Assembly: GCA_026387835.1 (NCBI GenBank)
Contig: JAPLKZ010000007.1
Location: 5,284 to 37,283 of the forward strand
Length of the DNA: 32,000 nucleotides
Origin: Candidatus Saganbacteria bacterium
GTDB lineage: Bacteria > Margulisbacteria > WOR-1 > JAKLHX01
Reading direction: 5' to 3'
Shown here one piece after another: positions 16,642-25,986 of the stretch. The position numbers and the translations under genes were made by a program. The notes below the pieces were generated by a model. That model did no database searches. It was not told where the DNA came from and was given only the letters and a program-made list of their open reading frames with translations. How positions within the stretch are numbered: position 1 is the stretch's first letter; each line of letters starts with the position of its first letter.

Positions 16642-19125
16642 ATGAAAGCAATGTTAATGGCCGGAGGGTTCGGGAAACGGCTCCACCCGCTAACTACTAA
16701 TATCCCGAAGCCGCTTATTCCTGTTTGCGGTAAGCCGATAATGTTATACGTGATACAGGAATTAAAAAAACATTCTATAGACGATATCGTTGTCCTTCTT
16801 TTTCACCAGCCGAATCTTATCAAGGACTATTTCAAGGACGGCAAAGAATTCGGCGTCGAGCTTACTTATGTGACAGCCGATCAGGATTTCGGCACGGCCG
16901 GAGCAGTGAAATACGCGCAGAAATTTATTAATGAACCGTTCATAGTGATCAGCGCGGACATAATAACGGATTTTGATCTGACATCAATAATAAAATTCCA
17001 CAAGTCTAAAAAAGCTGCAGCGACAATAACTTTGACAAGGGTAGAAAATCCTCTAGAATATGGGATTGTAATCACCGGACCGGACGGCAGGATAAACCAT
17101 TTCCTTGAAAAGCCGTCATGGGGAGAAGTGTTCAGCGATACTGTTAATACGGGCATATACATATTAGAACCGGAAGTCCTTGACGATATCCCCGAAGGCC
17201 GGTTGTATGATTTCAGCATGGACCTTTTCCCGAAGATGCTCGAAGACAAAAAGAAACTGTTCGGCTGCGTGAGTGAAGGTTATTGGAAAGACATAGGGAA
17301 TTTGTTAGAATATGCTCACGTTCATAAGGATATTCTTGACGGAAAGATCGCCATTTCCGATGCCGCAGTAAGTAGCACGGCAAAAGTCTCTCATCTTGCA
17401 AAGATCGAAGGCAGGGTGATCATCGGCAGCAGAACGTCCATAGCTGACGGCGCTTACATATCGAGTTCGGTAATAGGGGAACGGTGCGCTATCGGAAGGG
17501 ACGCAAAGATCGTCAATTCCGTGATATGGGACGATGTCGAGATCGGGAAAGAGTGCAGCCTTTCAAGATGCGTCGTTGCCGACGGGGCGGTGATCCAGGA
17601 AAGGTCCGAGCTTGAAGAGGGGAGCATCGTCAGCGAGAAATGCGTTGTCGGGGCTGACTCAAAGATCCAGCCCTATATCAGGATCTGGCCGGGGAAAAAT
17701 ATCGAAGAGGGAAGCATAGTGAATTCAAGCGTTATATGGCGGCAGAGATGGTCCAAGAATATTTTCGGGCCGTACGGCATCACGGGGATATGCAATATCG
17801 AGATAACGCCGGAGTTCGCCGCGAAGCTCGGAAGCGCTTTCGGGGCGATGCTCGGCAAGGGATCGAGCGTGACAAGCTCGATGGACGGGCACAAGGCATC
17901 ACGCATGATATCGCGCGGGCTTATTTCAGGGCTGTTGTCCTCGGGAGTCAACGTTTCCAACCTTGAGATGGTCCCGAGCCCGATAAACAGGTATGAACTT
18001 AAAGCGCTTAAATCGAAAGGCGGGATCCACGTAAGAAAATCACCGTTCGACCATAATCTTATTGATATTAAATTCTTTGACGGAGACGGAATGGACCTTT
18101 CTCCGAGCAAGGAAAAATCGATAGAGAAGTTTTTCTGGGGTGAGGACTACGAGCGCCCCACGATAGACGAGACAGGAGAGCTGACATTCCCGTTCTACAG
18201 GGTGGCCGAGGGATATAAAGAAGGGCTTATCACTTTTGTACAGGCAAAAGATATCAAGGACAGAAAATATAAGGTGATAATCGATTACTCGTACGGCAGC
18301 GCTTCTTCCATCTTCCCGTCGATACTCGGACAGATGGGGTGCGATACAGTCGCGATAAACGCTTATATAGACGATTCAAAGTTCACAAGGTCAAAAGCGG
18401 AATTCGACAGGTCGCTGAAGCAGCTTTCCCAGATAGTCGTTTCGTTAAAAGCCGACCTCGGCATCCTGTTCGATACCGGAGCGGAAAAAATCTTTCTTAT
18501 AGACGAAAAGGGGAGTGTCTTAAGCGGTGACCTGGCGCTGTCCCTTATGGTCAAGCTGATGGTGATCTCGGGAGCAAAGACTATCGCGGTCCCCGTGAAC
18601 GCATCGTCCGCGGTTGACGAGATAGCCTCCGAAAAGAAAGTGAAAGTATTCCGGACAAAGACAAGCCACCGCTCCATGATGGAGACGGCGGTCGAAAGTA
18701 AAGTGGACATGTTCGGCGAGAACACGGGCGGTTATATCTTCCCGGGTTTCCAGCCGTCGTTCGATTCGATGCTTTCGACCGCGAAACTTTTTGAGCTGCT
18801 TTTAAAGCCGGAAGTCCCGATGTCGGAGATAGTTGAGTCGCTGCCGAAAAAATATCTTCTCAAAGACCAGGTCCCCTGTCCGAACGCGTTAAAAGGCATG
18901 GTGATCAGGTATATAGTAGATGAAGCGCGCGACGAAAGACCCGAGCTGATAGACGGGGTCAAGCTGCGCTTTGGAAGCGACTGGGTGCTTGTCAACGGCC
19001 ACGCGCACAAGCAGGAGATCTATATCATCAGCGAATCGGACAAAGAAGATACGGCGAGAAAGCTCATGTCGAAATATAAAGACACGATCAAAAAACTCAT
19101 TTCCGATAATCTCGGGAAGAAATAG
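16642..19125 (+). CDS. sugar-1-phosphate nucleotidyltransferase (with left-handed beta-helix) fused to a phosphohexomutase-like domain
   Basis: N-terminal GGFGKRLHPLTTNIPKPLIPVCGKPIM, followed by hexapeptide-repeat-like I/V-G-x segments. The C-terminal ~450 aa align by eye to the PGM/PMM fold (GGIHVRKSPFDHN, GILFDTGAEKIFLIDEKG, GENTGGYIFPGF). Confidence 0.8.
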   Translation: MKAMLMAGGFGKRLHPLTTNIPKPLIPVCGKPIMLYVIQELKKHSIDDIVVLLFHQPNLIKDYFKDGKEFGVELTYVTADQDFGTAGAVKYAQKFINEPFIVISADIITDFDLTSIIKFHKSKKAAATITLTRVENPLEYGIVITGPDGRINHFLEKPSWGEVFSDTVNTGIYILEPEVLDDIPEGRLYDFSMDLFPKMLEDKKKLFGCVSEGYWKDIGNLLEYAHVHKDILDGKIAISDAAVSSTAKVSHLAKIEGRVIIGSRTSIADGAYISSSVIGERCAIGRDAKIVNSVIWDDVEIGKECSLSRCVVADGAVIQERSELEEGSIVSEKCVVGADSKIQPYIRIWPGKNIEEGSIVNSSVIWRQRWSKNIFGPYGITGICNIEITPEFAAKLGSAFGAMLGKGSSVTSSMDGHKASRMISRGLISGLLSSGVNVSNLEMVPSPINRYELKALKSKGGIHVRKSPFDHNLIDIKFFDGDGMDLSPSKEKSIEKFFWGEDYERPTIDETGELTFPFYRVAEGYKEGLITFVQAKDIKDRKYKVIIDYSYGSASSIFPSILGQMGCDTVAINAYIDDSKFTRSKAEFDRSLKQLSQIVVSLKADLGILFDTGAEKIFLIDEKGSVLSGDLALSLMVKLMVISGAKTIAVPVNASSAVDEIASEKKVKVFRTKTSHRSMMETAVESKVDMFGENTGGYIFPGFQPSFDSMLSTAKLFELLLKPEVPMSEIVESLPKKYLLKDQVPCPNALKGMVIRYIVDEARDERPELIDGVKLRFGSDWVLVNGHAHKQEIYIISESDKEDTARKLMSKYKDTIKKLISDNLGKK

Positions 19126-19260
19126 CCCTCATCATAGCAGAAATGACTAATGACTAATGTCTAATGACTAATTAATGAAAAATATATATAAAAGATTCTC
19201 ATTCCTTCATTAGTCATTAAGAATTAGTCATTAGTAATTAGCTGTTAAGAATGATGAGGG
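19126..19260. repeat. 135-bp imperfect inverted repeat built from heptamer tandem repeats
   Basis: The termini CCCTCATCAT (19126-19135) and ATGATGAGGG (19251-19260) are perfect complements. The left arm carries ATGACTA, ATGACTA, ATGTCTA, ATGACTA (19143-19170). The right arm carries the complementary TAGTCAT-type heptamers (19211-19245). The centre is AT-rich. Confidence 0.85.
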
Positions 19261-19269
19261 TGCTATAAT
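19261..19269 (+). promoter_or_regulatory. extended -10 box TGcTATAAT 6 nt upstream of the uvrB ATG
   Basis: TGC at 19261-19263 and TATAAT at 19264-19269, then TTCGTT, then ATG at 19276. There is no SD at a functional distance. Confidence 0.5.
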
Positions 19270-19275
19270 TTCGTT

Positions 19276-21246
19276 ATGAGCGATTTTAAACTCAAGTCCG
19301 GCTTTTCCCCTTCAGGCGACCAGCCGCAGGCGATCGAAAAGATAGTAAAAGAAATAGAAAAAGGCGAAAAGTATACTACGCTCCTCGGCGTCACCGGGTC
19401 AGGAAAAACTTTCACGATGGCAAGTGCCATCGCTCAGGTAAATAGACCCACTTTGATACTTTCACCCAACAAGACCCTCGCCGCGCAATTATGCCAGGAG
19501 TTCAGGTCGTTCTTCCCTTCGAGTTCAGTGGAATATTTCGTCAGTTTCTATGATTATTACCAGCCGGAGGCATATATCCCGACCACCGACACTTATATCG
19601 AAAAAGATTCCGCCATCAATGATGAGATCGACAGGCTCCGCCACAGGGCTACGATGTCGCTTTTTGAGAGAAGGGATGTGATCGTCGTCGCTTCCGTGTC
19701 CTGTATATACGGTCTCGGCACGCCGGCCAATTATCTTGAAGGCTCGATAAATATCGATGTCGGCCAAAATCTAAACAGAGATAATCTTTTATACCAGTTT
19801 GTCGGAGTAAAATATGAAAGGAACGATACAGTTCTTTCACGGGGGAAGTTCCGCGCTAGAGGCGATGTGGTCGAAGTGATGCCGATATATGAAACGAATA
19901 TATTCAGGATCGAACTGGACGAGGACAAAATATCAAAAATTTCAGAAATAAATCCTACTACCGGCGAGGTTATCGGAAAGAAAGATTCTCTTCATATATT
20001 CCCCGCGACCCATTATGTCACTTTCAAAGACAGGCTTGAAGGATCTTTAAAGAACATCGAGGACGAACTTTCGGTACGGCTGAAAGAGCTCAAAGATAAG
20101 AACAAGCTTGTCGAAGCTCAGCGGCTTGAGCAGAGGACGAACTATGACATCGAGATGATAAGGGAAATGGGGTACTGCCACGGGATAGAAAATTACAGCA
20201 GGCACCTTGACGGCAGAAGGCCGGGCCAGCCGCCGTCGACTTTGATCGATTATTTCCCTAAAGATTTCCTTATGTTTATCGACGAGAGCCATGTCGCTGT
20301 CCCGCAGATAAGGGGGATGTATGCCGGGGACCAGGCAAGGAAGAAGACCCTTGTCGAGTATGGTTTCCGCCTCCCGTCGGCCCTGGACAACAGGCCGCTC
20401 AATTTCAGCGAGTTCACACAGCGGCTCAACCAGTGCCTGTTCGTTTCGGCGACCCCGGGAGAATACGAGACAAGCCAGAGCAAAAAGATCGTCGAGCAGA
20501 TAATCAGGCCTACCGGGCTTATCGACCCGGAAGTGGTACTGAAACCGACAAAGGGGCAGATAAAAGACCTTATCAAGGAAATAAAAATACGCGTTGAAAA
20601 AAAAGAGCGGGTGCTCGTCACGACGCTCACGAAAAGAATGGCGGAAGACCTTTCCGAGTACCTGCAGGAAGCAAAAATAAAGAGCAAATACCTGCATTCC
20701 GATATCGATACTCTGGACAGGATAGATATCCTCAGAGGGCTGCGGCTGGGGGAATTCGATGTCCTGGTCGGGATAAATCTTTTGCGGGAGGGGCTTGACC
20801 TGCCCGAAGTCTCTCTCGTGGCTATCATGGATGCCGATAAAGAAGGGTTTTTAAGGGGAGAAACATCGCTTATACAGACGATAGGCCGCGCGGCGAGAAA
20901 TATAAACGGGAAAGTATTCCTCTATGCCGACAGGATGACCAGGTCGATGAAGAAAGCCGTCAGCGAGACCAACAGGCGTAGGGCCCTCCAAATAAGGTAT
21001 AATAAAAAGAACAATATCACGCCAAAAACGATAATAAAAGAAGTAAAAGATATCAGCGAGCAGATAAGTAAAGTTAAGGGCGAGGATATTAAGAGGCTCA
21101 AAGGGATAATCAAAGAAGAAGAGGTCCCGATATTGATAAAGAGGCTTGATGAAGAAATGAAGACAGCGGCGATAGAGCTCGAGTTCGAGAAAGCCGCTGT
21201 CATAAGGGACCAGATAAAGGAGTTAAAAGGCTTATGGAAAAAATAG
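19276..21246 (+). CDS. uvrB: excinuclease ABC subunit B
   Basis: [17 protein letters not shown], Walker [10 protein letters not shown], helicase motifs, and the C-terminal UVR motif [17 protein letters not shown]. Confidence 0.97.
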   Translation: MSDFKLKSGFSPSGDQPQAIEKIVKEIEKGEKYTTLLGVTGSGKTFTMASAIAQVNRPTLILSPNKTLAAQLCQEFRSFFPSSSVEYFVSFYDYYQPEAYIPTTDTYIEKDSAINDEIDRLRHRATMSLFERRDVIVVASVSCIYGLGTPANYLEGSINIDVGQNLNRDNLLYQFVGVKYERNDTVLSRGKFRARGDVVEVMPIYETNIFRIELDEDKISKISEINPTTGEVIGKKDSLHIFPATHYVTFKDRLEGSLKNIEDELSVRLKELKDKNKLVEAQRLEQRTNYDIEMIREMGYCHGIENYSRHLDGRRPGQPPSTLIDYFPKDFLMFIDESHVAVPQIRGMYAGDQARKKTLVEYGFRLPSALDNRPLNFSEFTQRLNQCLFVSATPGEYETSQSKKIVEQIIRPTGLIDPEVVLKPTKGQIKDLIKEIKIRVEKKERVLVTTLTKRMAEDLSEYLQEAKIKSKYLHSDIDTLDRIDILRGLRLGEFDVLVGINLLREGLDLPEVSLVAIMDADKEGFLRGETSLIQTIGRAARNINGKVFLYADRMTRSMKKAVSETNRRRALQIRYNKKNNITPKTIIKEVKDISEQISKVKGEDIKRLKGIIKEEEVPILIKRLDEEMKTAAIELEFEKAAVIRDQIKELKGLWKK

Positions 21247-22136
21247 GAAGAATAATAACCGCGATGGTGACACCCTTCAAGGAGAACGGCGAAGTGGATT
21301 ATAAAAAAGCGGAAGAAATGGCCGTGTTCCTCACGGAGAACGGTTCCGACGGAGTCGTCGTGCATGGTACGACAGGGGAATCGCCGACGCTCACGCATGA
21401 CGAGGAATACGAGCTTTACAAAGTGGTAAAAAACGCCCTCCAGGGCAAAGCTTCGCTGATAGCCGGGACCGGGTCAAATTCAACGGACACGACTATAAGA
21501 TCGACAAAAAAAGCGGAGCAGATAGGCGCGGACGCCGCGCTTCTTGTAGTGCCGTATTACAACAAGCCTTCACAGGAGGGCCTGTACCAGCATTACAGGG
21601 CTGTTGCTCGTAGCACGGGGCTGCCTTTGATAATCTATAACATCCCGGGGCGTACCGGTATCAACATGCTGCCGGAGACAGTAGCGAGAACAGCTGAGTT
21701 TAAGAATATAATCGGATTAAAAGACGCTGCGGGAGATCTGAATTATACATCCGCGGCAAGAACACTGCTTCCGAAAGACTTTCTGATCTGGAGCGGGGAT
21801 GATTCGCTGACGCTGCCTATGATGTCGGTTGGCGCGTACGGAGTGATAAGCGTCGCGTCGCATCTTGCCGGCAGGGAGATCAAAAAAATGGTGGACCTGT
21901 ACGTGAGCGGAGACGTAAATAAAGCGGAGGAGATCCACAGGAAGCTGATGCCTTTATTTAAAGTGCTTTTTATCGCGCCCAACCCGTCCCCGCTGAAATT
22001 CGCCCTTAAAGCGATCGGGCACGACTGCGGCAAAACGCGTCTTCCTCTCGTGGAACCGTCAGCCGCGGAGAAAAAAGAAATAATAAAAGTGATGAAAGGC
22101 CTTTCTCTCATCGAAGACGGCGCGTATGATGTTTAA
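21234..22136 (+). CDS. dapA: 4-hydroxy-tetrahydrodipicolinate synthase
   Basis: [51 protein letters not shown]. Overlaps uvrB by 13 nt, with AAGGAG upstream. Confidence 0.93.
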   Translation: MEKIGRIITAMVTPFKENGEVDYKKAEEMAVFLTENGSDGVVVHGTTGESPTLTHDEEYELYKVVKNALQGKASLIAGTGSNSTDTTIRSTKKAEQIGADAALLVVPYYNKPSQEGLYQHYRAVARSTGLPLIIYNIPGRTGINMLPETVARTAEFKNIIGLKDAAGDLNYTSAARTLLPKDFLIWSGDDSLTLPMMSVGAYGVISVASHLAGREIKKMVDLYVSGDVNKAEEIHRKLMPLFKVLFIAPNPSPLKFALKAIGHDCGKTRLPLVEPSAAEKKEIIKVMKGLSLIEDGAYDV

Positions 22137-23802
22137 GAATTTCGGAAAAAAACATCTCGAGATAATACATCTTGGCGGTCTGGCAGAGATAGGCAAGAAC
22201 ATGACCGCTTTCAAGTTCGGGAACAATATCATCCTTGTCGATTGCGGCATAAAATTCCCTGATGATGACATGCACGGGATAGATTTTATCCTGCCGGACT
22301 TTGATTTTGTAAAAAATAACAAGAACCTCATCAGAGCGCTGTTCCTGACACACGGGCACGAAGACCACATCGGCGCTATCCCGCATCTTCTGCGGGAAAT
22401 AAATGTGCCGATATACGGGACAAGACTGACATTAGGGCTGCTTGAAGATAAACTTAAGGAAAGCAAACAGCTGAAGACCGCAAAATTGAACGTGGTAAAA
22501 CCGCGTGATGTCATAAACATGGGGCCTTTCAAAGTTGAATTTCTCAGGGTATGCCACAGCATACCTGATTCAACTGCCCTGGCGATAAAGACGCCTGTCG
22601 GCACGGTCTTACATACCGGAGATTTTAAGATCGACCATACCCCCATTGATGGCCAGCAGCTTGATCTTGTAAGGTTCGGCGAGCTCGGCAAGGAAGGCGT
22701 GCTTCTTCTGATGAGCGATTCCACGAACGCGGATACCGCGGGATCAACTCCTTCCGAAAAAACCGTCGGAAAGACATTTGAAAAAGTCTTTAACGAAGCT
22801 CCGGGAAGGATAATAGTCGCTACTTTTGCATCGAGCATTCACCGGGTCCAGCAGGTGATCGATGCCGCGGCCAGGCACGGCAGGAAGGTGGCGATATCCG
22901 GTTTTTCTATGCAGAGAGTGGCAAATAAAGCCAAAGAACTGGGTTATTTGAAAGTACCCAAAGATATGCTTGTTAAACTTGATGATATACACAAGGCAAA
23001 TCACAAGAATTTAGTCATTCTTACTACAGGCAGCCAGGGAGAGCCGATGGCCGCTCTTTCACGCATGGCAAAAGGGGAGCACAAGCAGGTTAAGATCCAG
23101 AAAGGCGACACTGTCGTGATCTCAGCCATACCTATCCCGGGCAATGAAAAGTCAGTCTATAATACGATAAATAAACTTTTCAGGTTCGGCGCGGAAGTCA
23201 TCTATGAAGAGCGGCACGGGATCCACGTCTCCGGCCACGGCTGCCAGGAAGAGATGAAACTCATAATCAATCTTGTAAGGCCGCAGTTCTTCATCCCGGT
23301 GCACGGCGAGTACAGGCACATGGTCGCACACGCGAAGATCGCCAGGGAAAGCGGCATCGCGCCGGAAAATATCTTTATCAACGAGAACGGCGATATCCTC
23401 CGGCTTTCACGGAACAAGGCGAGCAGGGCGGGCAGGATCGAGATAAAAGAGATGCTCGTGGATAGCACCGGCGCGGGAGGCGAAGGGTCACAGGTCCTGT
23501 CAGACCGCAGGCAGCTCGCGGAGAACGGCGTCGTGATAGTCAACTTAATAGCATCAAAAACGGATTTCAGGAAGATCACGGATATAAGGATAGAGACAAA
23601 AGGATTTGTCTTTTCAAAGACACATGATGAGGTCATCAAGAGGTCGAAAGAAATGATCGACGCGGCCATGCGCAGACATTACAAGAGCAGGTTCCGGAAT
23701 ATCGGCTCAATCAGGCAGGAGATCCAGAAAGAACTGCAGAAATACTACCGCAAAAAAATAAACCGCCTGCCGGTCGTCATCGTAATGGCGGAGCAGGTCT
23801 GA
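22126..23802 (+). CDS. rnj: ribonuclease J
   Basis: LGGLAEIGKNMTAFKF, metallo-beta-lactamase motif THGHEDHIGAIP, and a beta-CASP region. Overlaps dapA by 11 nt. Confidence 0.93.
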   Translation: MMFKNFGKKHLEIIHLGGLAEIGKNMTAFKFGNNIILVDCGIKFPDDDMHGIDFILPDFDFVKNNKNLIRALFLTHGHEDHIGAIPHLLREINVPIYGTRLTLGLLEDKLKESKQLKTAKLNVVKPRDVINMGPFKVEFLRVCHSIPDSTALAIKTPVGTVLHTGDFKIDHTPIDGQQLDLVRFGELGKEGVLLLMSDSTNADTAGSTPSEKTVGKTFEKVFNEAPGRIIVATFASSIHRVQQVIDAAARHGRKVAISGFSMQRVANKAKELGYLKVPKDMLVKLDDIHKANHKNLVILTTGSQGEPMAALSRMAKGEHKQVKIQKGDTVVISAIPIPGNEKSVYNTINKLFRFGAEVIYEERHGIHVSGHGCQEEMKLIINLVRPQFFIPVHGEYRHMVAHAKIARESGIAPENIFINENGDILRLSRNKASRAGRIEIKEMLVDSTGAGGEGSQVLSDRRQLAENGVVIVNLIASKTDFRKITDIRIETKGFVFSKTHDEVIKRSKEMIDAAMRRHYKSRFRNIGSIRQEIQKELQKYYRKKINRLPVVIVMAEQV

Positions 23803-23816
23803 TAAAGCCGTCCGTA

Positions 23817-23825
23817 TGATATAAT
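23817..23825 (+). promoter_or_regulatory. extended -10 box TGaTATAAT 13 nt upstream of the hydantoinase-family ATG
   Basis: TGA at 23817-23819 and TATAAT at 23820-23825, then TTTCCCATAGTAA, then ATG at 23839. No SD. Confidence 0.45.
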
Positions 23826-23838
23826 TTTCCCATAGTAA

Positions 23839-25974
23839 ATGCCAAAATACCGTATCGGAATAGATGTCGGAGGAACGTTCACCCACGCTGTCGCGATAGA
23901 CAATTCAAATTATGAACTCGCGGGACAGGCCAAGCTCCCTACAACTCATAATGCGGAGAGAGGCGTCGCCCAGGGCATAATTGATTCGCTGAATAAACTT
24001 CTTTGCGATTCAAATATCAGTCCCGCCGATATAGTCTTTATCGCCCACAGCACTACACAGGCCACGAACGCATTACTGGAAGGTGATGTCGCGGCCGTCG
24101 GGATAATCGCTGTCGGGAAAGGCGTGGAGGGAAAAAGAGTCAGGGCTGAAACAAATATCGGTGATATCGATCTGGATAACGGAAAGAGATTAAAGGTTTT
24201 AAGCAGATATATTGAATTAAAAGGTGAAAAGATAGAAGCGGAGACGGTAGACGGTATCATAAAAGATCTTGTCAAGGATGGGGTCCAGGTGATCGTAGCT
24301 GCCGAAGCTTTTTCCGTCGATGATCCGGTGAATGAAGACTTCATAGTGCGGTGCGCGATCGAAAAAGGACTGCCCGCGGCCGCGACGCACCAGATATCCG
24401 GGCTCTACGGTCTGCGCATGAGGACAAGGACCGCGGCGGTCAACGCGAGCATAATGCCCAAGATGATCGAAGCGGCTGTCGCCACGCAGGATTGCGTCAG
24501 GCAGTCCGGGATAACCGCTCCGCTCATGATAATGCGTTCCGACGGCGGGGTGATGAGCATCGATGAGATGAAAAAGCGGCCGATACTCACGATACTTTCC
24601 GGCCCGGCGGCGGGAGTCGCTTCCGCGCTTTTATACGTGAAAATATCGGACGGTATTTTTCTCGAGGTCGGAGGCACAAGCACGGATATCTCCGTGATAA
24701 GGAACGGCAGGGCCCTTGTAAAGTCCGCAGAAATTGGCGGCCACAGGCTTTATCTGAGGACGATAGATTCCCGCACTGTCGGAGCCGCGGGCGGATCGAT
24801 GCCGAGGATCTGCAACGGAAAAATCGTCGATGTCGGACCAAGAAGCGCGCATATCGCAGGGCTGAAATACGCATCATTTTCAAATGTTGATGAAATCGTA
24901 GGGGCGCACAGCCGTGCGCCCCTACAGGATGGATATTTTTCTATCGGAGGGAAATACGCGGTAACGACGACCTGCGCCGCGAATGTCCTGGGTCTCGTAA
25001 GAAAAGAGGACTGGGCTTACGGGAACAGGGATGCTGCGGAAGAAGGAATACGGATCCTGAGTAAAAAGATCAGCAGTTCGCAGGCTGTTTCGCCGCAGCA
25101 ATTATCAAAGTCGATATTAAAGACCGCATCGGCAAAGATCATCAAGACGATAGATTCCCTGATCAAAGACTATAAACTTGAAAAAGAGAACGTCACTCTG
25201 ATAGGAGGAGGCGGAGGCGCCGCGGCGATAGTCCCGTTCACCGCATCGGAGCTGAAGATGGAATACAAGATCGCGGATAATCATGCCGTCCTTTCGGCGA
25301 TCGGCGCCGCCCTGGCTTTTGTAACGGATACGATCGAAAAAAGCGCGGTGGACCCTTCGCGGGAGGATATTTTGAAAATAAGGCAGGAAGCGGAGGAATC
25401 GGTCAGAAGGATGGGGGCCGATCCCAATTCGATCGAGGTCTCCGTGGAAGTTGACCTTCAAAAGAACGTGATCAGAGCTGTGGCATCGGGCGCTACCGAG
25501 CTCAGGAAAAAGGACCTTCAACTTAAAAAGATCAACGAAGAAGAGAAGGCCGGCATTCTCTGCAGTTCATTCAAAGCGGCCAAAAACGACATAAAGCTTT
25601 TAGGCTCCACAGACTGGTTTGAAGTGTGGGGGGCAAAAAAAGAAAGACGGTCATTCTTCGGTTTGATAAAGAATACGGACAATTCAGTGAGAGTGATCGA
25701 CAAGCAGGGGATAATAAGGATCCAAAGACGTAATGCGATCGTTATTGAGGTAGCGGCGGGTTTTAAACCCGCCGCTGCCATTGAACAATTATTGGAAAAA
25801 CACACTGTTTACGGAGATGCCGGAGAAAAAACACCTCCGCTGACTGTTCTAAAGGGCAGCAGGATCATCGACCTGTCCGGGCTGGTGAGCAAAGAGCAGG
25901 TGACCGGATTGTTCGGCCTCGAGATGAAAAACGCTTCACATGACGAGAAAATTGTTATAATATTAGATCATTAG
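23839..25974 (+). CDS. hydantoinase/oxoprolinase (HyuA-like, ASKHA) family protein
   Basis: N-terminal YRIGIDVGGTFTHAV and a later LEVGGTSTDISV motif, typical of the Hydant_A_N/Hydantoinase_A families. No HyuB-like partner is present in the window. Confidence 0.75.
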   Translation: MPKYRIGIDVGGTFTHAVAIDNSNYELAGQAKLPTTHNAERGVAQGIIDSLNKLLCDSNISPADIVFIAHSTTQATNALLEGDVAAVGIIAVGKGVEGKRVRAETNIGDIDLDNGKRLKVLSRYIELKGEKIEAETVDGIIKDLVKDGVQVIVAAEAFSVDDPVNEDFIVRCAIEKGLPAAATHQISGLYGLRMRTRTAAVNASIMPKMIEAAVATQDCVRQSGITAPLMIMRSDGGVMSIDEMKKRPILTILSGPAAGVASALLYVKISDGIFLEVGGTSTDISVIRNGRALVKSAEIGGHRLYLRTIDSRTVGAAGGSMPRICNGKIVDVGPRSAHIAGLKYASFSNVDEIVGAHSRAPLQDGYFSIGGKYAVTTTCAANVLGLVRKEDWAYGNRDAAEEGIRILSKKISSSQAVSPQQLSKSILKTASAKIIKTIDSLIKDYKLEKENVTLIGGGGGAAAIVPFTASELKMEYKIADNHAVLSAIGAALAFVTDTIEKSAVDPSREDILKIRQEAEESVRRMGADPNSIEVSVEVDLQKNVIRAVASGATELRKKDLQLKKINEEEKAGILCSSFKAAKNDIKLLGSTDWFEVWGAKKERRSFFGLIKNTDNSVRVIDKQGIIRIQRRNAIVIEVAAGFKPAAAIEQLLEKHTVYGDAGEKTPPLTVLKGSRIIDLSGLVSKEQVTGLFGLEMKNASHDEKIVIILDH
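24898..24925. repeat. perfect 12-bp-stem GC-rich palindrome inside the CDS
   Basis: GTAGGGGCGCAC (24898-24909), loop AGCC, GTGCGCCCCTAC (24914-24925). It lies in frame and encodes VGAHSRAPL. Confidence 0.9.
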
Positions 25975-25986
25975 GAGAAAATATTA

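Noticed and set aside
19141-19245. The heptamer repeats, considered as a possible CRISPR array or satellite.
   Set aside because: The repeat unit is only 7 nt with no spacers, and the two blocks are mutually complementary arms of one palindrome. No cas genes are present.
19126-19275. The inverted repeat, considered as a LexA/SOS operator for uvrB.
   Set aside because: I could not match it to any LexA-box consensus I know (CTGT-N8-ACAG, GAAC-N4-GTTC, or other lineage-specific forms). It is far longer than an operator. The idea survives only as a general protein-binding possibility in the findings.
22059-22838. A 259-aa antisense ORF opposite rnj. Similar long antisense ORFs lie at 20047-20697, 20250-20828 and 30836-31684.
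   Set aside because: They lie entirely opposite well-supported conserved genes, have low-complexity translations rich in Ser, Arg or Phe, and lack RBS motifs. They are typical shadow ORFs.
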